Shown: in pieces, positions 45,746-55,013 of the stretch | How the letters are laid out: each line of letters starts with the position of its first letter | How positions within the stretch are numbered: position 1 is the first letter of the stretch | Virus record (IMG/VR): IMGVR_UViG_3300021339_000006 | Coordinates: 1 to 64,000 of that record | Source: a virus | Length of the DNA: 64,000 bases | Reading direction: 5' to 3' (one strand) | The notes under the pieces: model-generated | Database searches by the model: none | The model's input: the letters and a program-made list of their open reading frames with translations, nothing else | Told to the model about the DNA's origin: nothing | Made by a program: the position numbers and the translations under genes

Positions 45746-46636
45746 TTAATTGAGCAAGAGGTTCAGCGCCTGCTTGCCAAGTTTGTTGCGTTCCATCACT
45801 CCGAGGAACCGGTTTGTTTCGACGCTGCGCACATCGGTCTCCCGATAGTTGCGGAAATGTGTGGCGTATTCCGTCACTGCGTTGAACGCGTCCCAGCGCG
45901 TTTTGCCCTCGTTGCCTTCGCCCGTGTTAAACAGCTCGACCAACTTTGTGCGTCGGTTGTCCGCCTTGGTGCCTTCCGAGGGCATGAGCTTCTTGAGGAA
46001 GTCCTCAAACTGATCGGCCGTCATGCGTGCCTGCGCAAGCTTAGTGAACTCAACCTTGATCCCATCCACGTCCTGTTGCAGGTCATTCATAAACGTCTTC
46101 CAACGCTTGCTGTGGAGTTCTGCGCGGTTTGATGTGTGGGAAACCCACATGTTGGATTTGATCTCACGGCTCACCTGGCCGTTGAGGCAGCGCAAGCGTT
46201 CGATGTAAAGCCGACTGCGGCGAGGTGTGGCACCATCCCATCCGTCCGTGCTGTAAATGTAGGCTGCCATCGGATCGCCCAACTTGCGCGCGCCGCACGG
46301 AATGTCCATCTTGACATCAAGCTTCACGAACGCAAACGCGCGGCAGCGTTCCTCAAGGAATCCTGCGCGCGTAACTTTGCCCTTGATGAAGTCCGCGAAC
46401 TCAAACTGCTCCTTGAGGAACTCCCGAGGTTGACTGGGACTGTAACCCTTGCCGACGACGCCGAGCGCCTCTTTGGTGTCGCTGCGGTAAAGCAGCTTCA
46501 TCCGAGGCATCACGATCGCAGTGTCCGTTCCGCTGACTGTGTCCTCAAGCGGCTCCCAGTCGAGGTTCGCTGCTTTGAGTGTTTCCTCCATCGAGGTCGC
46601 TTCCGTTCCGAGTGTTTGTATTATTGAGCTGTGCAT
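45746..46636 (-). CDS. DUF932/DUF945 family protein
   Basis: ANLDW, RSDT...LGVV...Y...Q, DG, R..CLNG, HT, W.AFNAVTEY..H motifs. Confidence 0.9.
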   Translation of the reverse strand: MHSSIIQTLGTEATSMEETLKAANLDWEPLEDTVSGTDTAIVMPRMKLLYRSDTKEALGVVGKGYSPSQPREFLKEQFEFADFIKGKVTRAGFLEERCRAFAFVKLDVKMDIPCGARKLGDPMAAYIYSTDGWDGATPRRSRLYIERLRCLNGQVSREIKSNMWVSHTSNRAELHSKRWKTFMNDLQQDVDGIKVEFTKLAQARMTADQFEDFLKKLMPSEGTKADNRRTKLVELFNTGEGNEGKTRWDAFNAVTEYATHFRNYRETDVRSVETNRFLGVMERNKLGKQALNLLLN

Positions 46637-46674
46637 ACTGTTTGTTCTTTCTGATTTGTTGTTGATGTTTGAAA

Positions 46675-46923
46675 TTAAGCATTGCGTTGGAGGAGCTCGT
46701 CCACTGCCGCCTCGCAATAAAAGTCGGGCACGCACAAAACAGCTTTGACGCCCTCCACCGTCGTAACCGAACGCATCGCCTCAAGTGCCGCGTCCCAAGT
46801 CGCATCCGAATACATTTGATAGCTGGACGTTTTGTCCTGCAGCATCGACTTCTCTACTTCGAGGACAACAGCCGCCCGTTGCTTGCCGTTTAACTCTGTT
46901 CCGACTGTCGTTGTATTTATCAT
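46675..46923 (-). CDS. hypothetical protein
   Basis: First ORF after a promoter-like intergenic region. Confidence 0.6.
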   Translation of the reverse strand: MINTTTVGTELNGKQRAAVVLEVEKSMLQDKTSSYQMYSDATWDAALEAMRSVTTVEGVKAVLCVPDFYCEAAVDELLQRNA

Positions 46924-46929
46924 GACCCA

Positions 46930-46958
46930 ACAATGCGCCTGCCTACTCCTCTTTGCAA
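46930..46958 (-). promoter_or_regulatory. candidate early promoter (leaderless)
   Basis: TTGCAA-N17-CATTGT, 6 nt before the ATG; AT-rich upstream tract. Confidence 0.5.
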
Positions 46959-47040
46959 CGATAATTCCTAAAAAGTTTCATTTTGTTAATTGCCCGCAAT
47001 GTTTGCAGTTCTTTCATCGACCAAGAAAAGGACAGCTGGG

Positions 47041-47619
47041 CTAGAACTTTCTGAGGGTGACGCGTATTTGCTGCGCGTTTACGCGTGCAAGGAACTGATG
47101 TAATGGAATCCCAACAAACTTAACGCGCACGTTGCCTGGCATCACAGCCAAGTCGTAACGCACAACAGGTGGACGCCCAAAGATGCCACACTCATGCAGC
47201 GCCGCCACCACATTGTGGCTGAAGTAGGCGATCTCTGTTTTGCGGTCGCGTCGATGGATCAGCATCCACCCAACACTTCCAGCAGCGCGTGCGCAGCGTT
47301 CGGATTGGAGCAGTGCGTGCGCAAAGGAATTCTTCCCCACCTTCTTTCTCTTCGGAGCATCAAAAATTTCCTGTGGAGAATGTTTGCTGTAGCCGCGCTT
47401 GAGTTCGATGGTCACCAACTTGAGGAGAGGCAGTCCGATGGGATCCACAGCCGCGATGTCCCCCCATGAACCGAACGTGGTTTTTCCAGACTTGGCACGC
47501 TGCGTGGCACGTCCACCACTTTGGGAGGATCGCCAGAAAACGTCATCTCGCTTTCCGCCCGTCCACCAGAGAGACAACGTCTTACAAATCTGCCGCTCGA
47601 ATGAAGCACCTTTAGGCAA
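47041..47619 (-). CDS. Holliday junction resolvase (PD-(D/E)xK, Hjc-like)
   Basis: KG..FER, RS.QSGG, GDI, IELK motifs. Confidence 0.85.
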   Translation of the reverse strand: MPKGASFERQICKTLSLWWTGGKRDDVFWRSSQSGGRATQRAKSGKTTFGSWGDIAAVDPIGLPLLKLVTIELKRGYSKHSPQEIFDAPKRKKVGKNSFAHALLQSERCARAAGSVGWMLIHRRDRKTEIAYFSHNVVAALHECGIFGRPPVVRYDLAVMPGNVRVKFVGIPLHQFLARVNAQQIRVTLRKF

Positions 47620-48138
47620 TCAGAATCCTCCTCGAATTATTGGAACACATCTTCGGATTCTCAGTTTCTCCAAACCAATGCAACCACCAACCGTCAAGGC
47701 GGTAGTGGGCACGCCACATTTTCCCTGGATAAACTCCTGAGGGTTGGGAGTGGGAGTAATCGTGAAGCGCATCAAATGTTTCCTGCGTCATCAATGCGTG
47801 GCCCGAATCGATCTCAATATCAAAACGACTTGGTTGCTCCCACCATTTTCCCATTGGCTCTGTGATGGGTGGAACAGGATGCAAGTCGGCCACACTACGA
47901 ACCATCATTGCCTTCTCCACTGCCGTCATCAATGCACTCATACACCCAGTCCTCGTGCCTTGATCAATTCCATAGCTTCCTCCCTGGAGAAACCAGCTGC
48001 CGTCAAAGCACTCAATTTGGAGTAGAGCAGTTGAGCAAGAGGCTTCATGGAAGCTTCCATCATTTCTTGATTGTCCAGGAGCGTCTTCATAAGCCGCTCC
48101 AAGTTCTGCCTGTCCAGCGGGCCGGTGTTTTCATTCAT
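47612..48138 (-). CDS. two hypothetical genes (47612-47941, 47938-48138)
   Basis: YS.S.PSGVYPGKMW and GFSREEA..L conserved-looking motifs. Confidence 0.65.
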
Positions 48139-48998
48139 AAAAGCATTCCTCGCCTGTGCGTTGCTACCGGAACCACTCCAGCAATCGACCTCATGCCCAA
48201 CGTGCCGCACACCTCGCGCCAGCCTTTGGGATCAATCGAGTCTTCGATCAACTGCGGGCTCGGGCACCCTTCATAGGGCAGCTGGACTAGGCGTCGATTG
48301 AGGCGCACTCTTTCCTTTCCTGCCTTCGAGGTGATGATTTGAAACGCTTTGCACTTCGGATCCAACTCACCACGCAAATACTTGAGTGCCGTCTTCTCGC
48401 CCACACCACCTACTCCAGGCACTTCATCTCCGTGGCAACCAGCAATCGCTTTCATCACAGCCCACTGCGATGGACGGATTCCATAGGTGCGCATGAAATT
48501 GGCTTTGGTGATGCGCTTGCGCGCTTGAGGTGAGTAGATGGCAACGTTCGGGCGCAAACATTGATACAGGTCGTGGTCCGCTGTGATGAGGATGGCTTCC
48601 TCATTCTTTGGAAGGTTCTTTGCAATGGAAGCAATCAAGTCGTCACTCTCCATTCCTCGGCAGCAAAAGATGTTCTTGAATCCAATCATCGGCAGATAAC
48701 GCTGACGCAATTCCGAGATTTGGATTTGCAGTCCTCGGATGGACTTGATTTCGGCCTCGTCTCGGTTGGCTGCGTGGCGCTTTGCTTTGTAGCCTTCAAA
48801 GATTTCTTTGCGGAACAAGTGAGGATGCTCAAAGCAAAACGCGATGTGATCGGTTTGGAACTCATCCTTGAAGAATCCAATGGACTTGAGGAAGCCGAAC
48901 ACGACGCCAGTAGGTTTTTCCTTCCACGACAGTCCCTGTGTGGTGTGGAACGCGCGGTGGCAAAGGTAGGACACGTCAATCACCAGCCAAGTTCTCAT
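48135..48998 (-). CDS. 5'-3' exonuclease / flap endonuclease
   Basis: ID...L..R, YK..R, ESDD, TADHD..Q, D.VPGV.GVGEKTA (H3TH). Confidence 0.95.
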   Translation of the reverse strand: MRTWLVIDVSYLCHRAFHTTQGLSWKEKPTGVVFGFLKSIGFFKDEFQTDHIAFCFEHPHLFRKEIFEGYKAKRHAANRDEAEIKSIRGLQIQISELRQRYLPMIGFKNIFCCRGMESDDLIASIAKNLPKNEEAILITADHDLYQCLRPNVAIYSPQARKRITKANFMRTYGIRPSQWAVMKAIAGCHGDEVPGVGGVGEKTALKYLRGELDPKCKAFQIITSKAGKERVRLNRRLVQLPYEGCPSPQLIEDSIDPKGWREVCGTLGMRSIAGVVPVATHRRGMLL

Positions 48999-49681
48999 TT
49001 GCGTTTACGCCTTTCGGTTTTATCCAAGCCAAGCTTGGACTTGCCGTTAGGATACTTCACGTCCTTCTTTCCGCAAAGATACAACGCAAGTGAAATGATA
49101 TGATCTGGCCATCCACGATGCTCCTTGATGGCGAGGAACGCTCGGCTTCCACCGCCATACTCGATCTCCTCCTTCACCAGCATGTCATACGCTGCGTCCA
49201 ACAGCAGGGGCTTTTGGTAAACGAAGTAGATGTAACGGTGCGCCCAAATTAAGTCCAGCGAAGGCGCAAGCTCTTGCATACGCTTACAACCCATTACCTG
49301 CTCCTTAGGACTGCCCGGCCCTGGAATCTCAGCCGCGTCCCTACATAACAGACGCGCCGTGTCCGCAAGTGGCACACCTTTGAGGTGGTTGCCTCGAATG
49401 ACAGCCATCTCGTTCTGCGTAAACCTCAATCCTTTGCGTGAGATGCGCTTGCGAGGCCGGTAACGAATGACACGATCATCCTCATTGCTTGTGATCTGCT
49501 CAATGAGGCGCTGGATAGCTTTGACGCTGCGTCCTACCTTAAGCGCAAGCGCCCTGGGTGACGCGCCGGCCCCACCACTGAAAAACTTATCGAGAACACG
49601 ATCCCGCTCTTTCTTTTTCCAAGGCGTGTCGGTGTGCTTTTGAGCAATGCTCTCCGATGGTAGGAATCCTACGCGTTTCAT
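48995..49681 (-). CDS. HTH-like protein with C-terminal DNA ligase domain Ia-like motif
   Basis: AHRYIYF...P...DAAYDML. Confidence 0.55.
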   Translation of the reverse strand: MKRVGFLPSESIAQKHTDTPWKKKERDRVLDKFFSGGAGASPRALALKVGRSVKAIQRLIEQITSNEDDRVIRYRPRKRISRKGLRFTQNEMAVIRGNHLKGVPLADTARLLCRDAAEIPGPGSPKEQVMGCKRMQELAPSLDLIWAHRYIYFVYQKPLLLDAAYDMLVKEEIEYGGGSRAFLAIKEHRGWPDHIISLALYLCGKKDVKYPNGKSKLGLDKTERRKRK

Positions 49682-49929
49682 TTGACCTCCAAATCGTGTG
49701 GGTATGCTGTCGGATCAATGTGCATTATCTCTGCCAAGACAATCACTTTTGGAACGTAACTAGAAGGGCTGTCCGACCCGCCGTTGCTTTCCAGCCCTTG
49801 TTCCTTACACCACAGATCGTAATGGTAATCCGACCAGATCGGACTCAAGCCCAACGCCGGCCCGCAGTAGTAAAGGAATTGATGCGCCAGCATAATCTCC
49901 TCTGCGGTGTAACCATTGAAGCGTTTCAT
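49678..49929 (-). CDS. stand-alone NAD+-dependent ligase domain Ia-like protein
   Basis: AHQFLYY...PIWSDYHYD. Confidence 0.65.
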   Translation of the reverse strand: MKRFNGYTAEEIMLAHQFLYYCGPALGLSPIWSDYHYDLWCKEQGLESNGGSDSPSSYVPKVIVLAEIMHIDPTAYPHDLEVK

Positions 49930-50410
49930 GGTTGCGGTGGTGCAGGGAATTCCTCCCAGAAAGGCTTGCCCTCATAAAGCCCATCCAGCTTCCACAGTGT
50001 GCCATCATTACACACCGCAAGGACAAGATACTTTCCAACCGAGTCAATGGTGGAGACGACCTGAATGGTTTTGCGCTGGCGCTTGCTGCGCGGAGGTGTT
50101 GCAGGAAACGGAGGTGGTGCTTTGAAGATTCCCATAACTATTCTGGATTGGTTGCGTCTTTGAATGATGTTGAGAGGAAATGGGCAGGAAGATCTTCGCC
50201 AATGATTGTGAGATACATCAACTCGCCTTCGCGCAAACGTTCAATGTCCACAAGTGTCGGTTGCCAAGCCACCACAATCATTGGGTGGCCACTACACGAA
50301 CCTCCCTCGATGTCGTGAACAAAAACATGGGCTTCCTGCACCTGATCCTCAGACATTCCCGGCGGTGGTCCGAACACGTGGTTCGCTTGTGGAAACTCAA
50401 CACACTTCAC
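49926..50410 (-). CDS. two hypothetical genes (49926-50135, 50138-50410)
   Basis: Tiled ORFs; C.DGTLW and F.QAN..F.PP motifs. Confidence 0.6.
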
Positions 50411-51528
50411 TCGTATCTCCTTTTGCGATGGGACAAGCACTCTGCCTCAATAGCGTGCCACACTTGCGCCACAAGCTTGCGCACTGTGGTTTCCATGCCC
50501 TCCTGCTCGATGTGCGCAATAATTGCGTCCCTCGATCCCTCAAAGAGCAGTTCCTTGGCATCGTAAATCTTGCGCTTGGATTCTTGCTCCTCAGCTACGC
50601 CTTCCTTCCCTTTCTTCTTCACCTTGCGCCAGTGACTCTCAAGAATAAGGTAGTCAACGCACGATCCCACGTCGTCAATCCCTAAGTCGTAATAGATGGG
50701 AATTTCAACTGCCCGATCCTTGCCGATCTTGCCCGTAACGCGATTCTTTTTGATCTCAGCCAAACAGGTAACTCCAATGGTGCGCTTCTTGCCACGCACT
50801 GGACGTTTGATCTTTTGTTTGACACTGGTCCAGATCTCGAGGTTGGCGTAGAAGCGCAGCGCCTTACCACCACTGCGCGTTTTCTTCTCGAAACTCATCC
50901 CGAGGTTGTCCCGTGTCTGTCCAATTACGATCAAGATGCTGCGAGTCTTTTTCAACCCAGCCAACACGTTGCGCAAGTTCTCGCTGTGGTATTTGGCTTT
51001 GCCATCGCCGAACGATCCCTTTGCCTCTCCTGCTTCCTCAGCCGCCCTCTTTTGCTTGGCGAACTTCTTTGCCGCTGCTGATGAACCCAAACTGTCCTGC
51101 GAGTCCAGCACGTAGATAAAGGGCTTGCCGGCATTGATTCGATCGGTGATGTGGTAGTAAAAGGATTCGATGGTGTCGCTGAATACAGGCTGTCCCTTTT
51201 TGTAGGCGGGCGCCTCCATGCGCTCAGCCACACTCTTTCCAAAGTAATGCTCAATGTCCATCAGCGCACCACCTTCAACGTCGTCGAAAATGAGCGTGTA
51301 GTCTCTGAATGCCTTTTTACGGCAAGCTTCTGCAAAGCACGTCAACGTGGTGAACGTTTTGCCGCTCGCGCTGTCTCCAACAAGGTAGTAGTAACCACCT
51401 TTCATGAAGGCATAGAACGGCGTGTCTGTGCAGGCAAGATTCAGGAGGGTGCTCCCAGAGCTGAGGGCACCCTCCTTATCCAACCGAGGCTTCTCACGCC
51501 TCGCCAACAACACCTCCTTTGGCGTCAT
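50407..51528 (-). CDS. RecA/UvsX-like recombinase
   Basis: GDSASGKT Walker A, VLDS Walker B, Q.R, SGG.ALRFYA, KN motifs. Confidence 0.92.
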   Translation of the reverse strand: MTPKEVLLARREKPRLDKEGALSSGSTLLNLACTDTPFYAFMKGGYYYLVGDSASGKTFTTLTCFAEACRKKAFRDYTLIFDDVEGGALMDIEHYFGKSVAERMEAPAYKKGQPVFSDTIESFYYHITDRINAGKPFIYVLDSQDSLGSSAAAKKFAKQKRAAEEAGEAKGSFGDGKAKYHSENLRNVLAGLKKTRSILIVIGQTRDNLGMSFEKKTRSGGKALRFYANLEIWTSVKQKIKRPVRGKKRTIGVTCLAEIKKNRVTGKIGKDRAVEIPIYYDLGIDDVGSCVDYLILESHWRKVKKKGKEGVAEEQESKRKIYDAKELLFEGSRDAIIAHIEQEGMETTVRKLVAQVWHAIEAECLSHRKRRYE

Positions 51529-52773
51529 TTATTTTTTCTTCTTTTTCTTGGAGGGCTTCTCCTCCTCCCACTCGTCGTCCTCATCCTCGTCGGCGTCTTT
51601 TTCTTCTTCCTCCTCGTCATCCTCGTCTTCGTCTTCGTCCGCCTTCTTGGACTTCTTCTTTTTCTTGGAGGGTTTTTCTTCTTCCTCCTCGTCCTCCTCG
51701 TCCTTCGACTTCACGCGAGGCTTTTCCTCCTCGTCCTCGTCATCATCCTCGTCGAAGTCCTCGAAGTCGTCCTTCTCGGATTTGGATTTCTTCTTGGACT
51801 TCTTGGACTTGGGTTCGTCATCCTCGTCTTCATCCTCGTCGGCATCCTCGTCCTCGTCATCCTCGTCAGCGTCCTTGGACTTTTTGGATTTGGACTTCTT
51901 GGACTTGGGTTCGTCATCCTCGTCCTCGTCGTCTTCATCCTCATCTTCCTCGTCGGCGTCATCCTCGTCCTCATCCTTGGACTTGCCGCGCGCAGCCTTG
52001 GACTTCTTCTTGGACTTGGGTTCGTCATCCTCGTCGTCGTCATCCTCGTCAGTTTCGAGGAGCGCCTTCTTTGTTTCCTCGTAGGTGGGAATGACCAACA
52101 GATCGTCGAGGCACAGTGTCTTCTCCAACACCTCCTCCTCGTCGTAGTCCTCCTTACGCGGCTTGAAGTCGATGGACGCGCAGCGCACAAAGCTGCGACC
52201 TGCGTAGGTGTCATCCTCGAAGCCAACCTTCAATGTGAGGCCGCCCTCAGCGTGAAAGAAGTTCTCCCAGCCATCGTCCTCGTCTGCATTGCGCAGCCGC
52301 GCGTTGAGGTCACGTCCGAACAAGTGCGCCGAGAAGTCCCAGATCTGGAAACCCTTCTCTGTGTCCTTCCGATTGTTGAGGTTGAACAACTGGCGTTCCT
52401 TCGGCGCCAACGCTTTGATTGTTTCCTCGTTGTCATCCTCGTCCTCCTTCGCCAGCTTCGCGCGGTATTCGCAGATGTAACACTTCTTCTTTGCCGTCAG
52501 CCGAGGGCAAATCATCCGCTCGTTGTTTGCGCCAACATTTTGATGAATGTGAAACGTGCGTTCCCAATGGAGAGCGCCCTCGTCCGCCCACGGATTACCC
52601 TTGCCCGCAGTGAAGGGCAAGATGTCCAGCAACGCAGTGCCTGACTTTGGCTTATACGTCTGCACGCCGTCCGGCAACTTGAGGTAAGGACTCGCCCCCG
52701 TTTGTTGTTTGTCCGCCCGCTCCCGAGCCGACGTATAACGCCTCTCGGCACCTCGATCTTTTCTCTTTTTCAT
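51529..52773 (-). CDS. gp32-like single-stranded DNA-binding protein with very long acidic/basic tail
   Basis: ILP, H...CP.......C.ICE Zn motif, G..L.V; between UvsY-like and RecA-like genes. Confidence 0.8.
   Translation of the reverse strand: MKKRKDRGAERRYTSARERADKQQTGASPYLKLPDGVQTYKPKSGTALLDILPFTAGKGNPWADEGALHWERTFHIHQNVGANNERMICPRLTAKKKCYICEYRAKLAKEDEDDNEETIKALAPKERQLFNLNNRKDTEKGFQIWDFSAHLFGRDLNARLRNADEDDGWENFFHAEGGLTLKVGFEDDTYAGRSFVRCASIDFKPRKEDYDEEEVLEKTLCLDDLLVIPTYEETKKALLETDEDDDDEDDEPKSKKKSKAARGKSKDEDEDDADEEDEDEDDEDEDDEPKSKKSKSKKSKDADEDDEDEDADEDEDEDDEPKSKKSKKKSKSEKDDFEDFDEDDDEDEEEKPRVKSKDEEDEEEEEKPSKKKKKSKKADEDEDEDDEEEEEKDADEDEDDEWEEEKPSKKKKKK
51801..52035. repeat. three 28-bp direct repeats inside the SSB tail
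   Basis: TCTTGGACTTGGGTTCGTCATCCTCGTC at 51801, 51897 and 52008. Confidence 0.85.
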
Positions 52774-52919
52774 TGTTTGTTGTGTTCTTGTTTTTGCCTC
52801 TCTGCCCGTTCCTTAGCCTTCAAGTGTCCAGCTGTTGCAAACTTGGCAACCAAGAATGCAAGGATAGGCACGCCGACGAAAGTCGCCAGCAAGAGCAAAA
52901 TTATGTCGATGGATTGCAT
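52770..52919 (-). CDS. small membrane protein (49 aa)
   Basis: Manually translated MQSIDIILLLLATFVGVPILAFLVAK...; overlaps both neighbours. Confidence 0.65.
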   Translation of the reverse strand: MQSIDIILLLLATFVGVPILAFLVAKFATAGHLKAKERAERQKQEHNKQ

Positions 52920-53392
52920 CAATCGTCCTCGCGACGGCTGCGCAGCTTTTTGCGCGTCATATCGTTTACCGCGTCGCGCCCACGTTCTGAAACTTTCGGG
53001 TTGGAAAAGTAACCCATCCCATGCAACTCAACCAGCAACGTAAGCGCACGCTTCTTGTGTTCCAGTGCCCACACCACAGCTTGGTGCAGATCCGCTGTGT
53101 GCTGGGCTTCGCGCACCTCACGCTCTGCTTCCTGATACTGATCCTGTTTGAGGATTGTGGATTTGATGGCGGACTCGGTGACCTTCTCCAGTCCGTATTT
53201 GGCTGGATGCTCTCGAATCTGGAAGTCGAGTTCGGCTTTCACCACGTCCAGCTTTGCATTCAACTCTCCAACGTCTCGTTTCGCATCAGCCGATTTGTGA
53301 GCGTATGCAAGATAGGCGCTCGGGAGGTTGATGCATTCCTTATCGAGGTTGTGCTCGTCAATTTGAACAACGGATTCTGATTTGTTTCCCAT
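52919..53392 (-). CDS. UvsY-like recombination mediator
   Basis: ID..NLD.E...P..Y, TE..IK, ALE.KK..L helical pattern; upstream of SSB. Confidence 0.65.
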   Translation of the reverse strand: MGNKSESVVQIDEHNLDKECINLPSAYLAYAHKSADAKRDVGELNAKLDVVKAELDFQIREHPAKYGLEKVTESAIKSTILKQDQYQEAEREVREAQHTADLHQAVVWALEHKKRALTLLVELHGMGYFSNPKVSERGRDAVNDMTRKKLRSRREDD

Positions 53393-53398
53393 GTCCTA

Positions 53399-53908
53399 TT
53401 ATCGCGCGCGCAAACTGTAACGCGCTGGTTTTCCATTAGGTCCAGGAACACCCGAATCTGACTTTTTAAGTGGTCGCGTCCCTACCGTGGACAAGCTGTG
53501 CAGGTTGGTCATAAGGGAGTGGCGAGTGGTCCGATTTCTGATCGCCTTAGTCTTCCACAAATCATCAACGTCCATCGTCGCGTGCTTGCTGGCGTAGTCA
53601 ATAATCAGACTGCGCACGTCTCCCCACTTAGCGCGCAAAGGAGGGATCGGTTCTTTCCAACGTGCCGTGTCCCGAAGCTTCGGATTTCCGGCAAGCGCAG
53701 GCAGGTCTCTGGGAAGCATCCCATGCAGCTCTGCAGCCGCTTCAGCCTGCCCTACAATCGCCCCTAGGTGCTGTCCTAGCTCCCCAAGCGTCTTCGCTTT
53801 GCGCAACGCAGCCAAATGACCACGTAGGGCGCGCAAATACGCGGTGCGCTGCTTCTTTGTTGGTAGGCTCGTGATCACTTTGCCGTCACCACTTCCCGTG
53901 CGCGCCAT
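53399..53908 (-). CDS. basic hypothetical protein (possible C-terminal wHTH)
   Basis: 169 aa, Arg/Lys rich. Confidence 0.55.
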   Translation of the reverse strand: MARTGSGDGKVITSLPTKKQRTAYLRALRGHLAALRKAKTLGELGQHLGAIVGQAEAAAELHGMLPRDLPALAGNPKLRDTARWKEPIPPLRAKWGDVRSLIIDYASKHATMDVDDLWKTKAIRNRTTRHSLMTNLHSLSTVGTRPLKKSDSGVPGPNGKPARYSLRAR

Positions 53909-54426
53909 TGAGCCTCGAAATCACCTAGGCGCTCATCCATTTGCTGTTCGGTCTCAGGGAACAAGTGCATGTCATTCGCACAGGACAAGTAAAACCAATT
54001 CCACCACCCACGGATACTTGGGTCTGGGTGTTTGTATCCAAGAATCTCCGCAGCGTGCATTAAGTGCAACGTGAAGTGGTGTGGAATTTCATCTGTGTAG
54101 CGAAAGTAATCTTCACCTTTGCTTTTCATTCCATCAAACCACTCCACGTCAGCTGTGTCATCGAGATCGCTTGTTTGGATGGAAGGTCCAGTAAAAGAAC
54201 CACCTCCCCGATCGTAGGGAGTAAGTAGCGCACAGCGATTGAATGCGCTAATAAGAAAACATCGACGCAGCCAACGCACCAACACTTTGACTGGATGATC
54301 CTTTCGGATTCCATCTGGGCCACGCACGCACGCAATCAAAACGCTCTGTTGCATGAACGTTAATTCATGCACCCAGTCTTGAAGCACTGATCGCCGTTGG
54401 TCAATTGGTGTAATTGGATTCTTCAT
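53875..54426 (-). CDS. conserved-looking phage hypothetical protein
   Basis: SVLQDWV..L..MQQ.VL...RGPDG and H...HL.HA.EI.GYKHP motifs. Confidence 0.7.
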   Translation of the reverse strand: MKNPITPIDQRRSVLQDWVHELTFMQQSVLIACVRGPDGIRKDHPVKVLVRWLRRCFLISAFNRCALLTPYDRGGGSFTGPSIQTSDLDDTADVEWFDGMKSKGEDYFRYTDEIPHHFTLHLMHAAEILGYKHPDPSIRGWWNWFYLSCANDMHLFPETEQQMDERLGDFEAQWRAREVVTAK

Positions 54427-54429
54427 AGT

Positions 54430-55011
54430 TCAACCTTTGATATTCAGATAGTCTCGAGCAATAACCTGCGACCACTTCTCCATGTCCTTGAAATCCTTGC
54501 CTAGCTCTTCCCTCGTTGCCCAATGCGCCAAGTGTAGGTCGCGCTCTGGGGAAGTGAAGTTGGTGTAGGTGGTGGTGGCACGATAGAACATGCAGAGATG
54601 CACGTCCTCAACTGGACCGCCGGTAGTAATCAACACACCATCCAACTCAAGGGACTTCAACGGAACACCAAGCTCTTGCGTGACTTCCAACAACGCCGTA
54701 TAGAAAATCGTATGCCCTTCTTCCACGTGCCCACCAGCACCAATGTATTTCTTACCGGCAAGGCGTGTCTCTCCTTGCCCCTGCATCCGAGTCATTGCGA
54801 CATACCGAGTGTCTGGCACAGGCGTAGTCACCAGCACGTAAGGAATTGGCTGCCTCCACGTTGGATCAGTTTCAAGTTCCTGACGCTCGCGATATTCATG
54901 CCGACGCTTTATCACCTCAACCACCGCACGCAGAACGTTTCCATCCGTGACCAGTTCATCGGTCGGTAGGTGGGTGAGGTAACTAGCCGCAACTGCCATG
55001 ATTTTGCCCAT
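54430..55011 (-). CDS. Nudix-family hydrolase
   Basis: E.DP...Q.IPY, E.RL, G.GGHVE, EV..ELG, HL motifs. Confidence 0.8.
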   Translation of the reverse strand: MGKIMAVAASYLTHLPTDELVTDGNVLRAVVEVIKRRHEYRERQELETDPTWRQPIPYVLVTTPVPDTRYVAMTRMQGQGETRLAGKKYIGAGGHVEEGHTIFYTALLEVTQELGVPLKSLELDGVLITTGGPVEDVHLCMFYRATTTYTNFTSPERDLHLAHWATREELGKDFKDMEKWSQVIARDYLNIKG

Positions 55012-55013
55012 AA

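Noticed and set aside
51801-52035. CRISPR-like 28-bp repeats
   Set aside because: In-frame coding repeats with unequal low-complexity spacers; no cas genes.
51151-52644. Long plus-strand ORFs (497, 220, 191 aa) with poly-Leu/Ser/Arg
   Set aside because: Antisense shadows of the low-complexity SSB tail.
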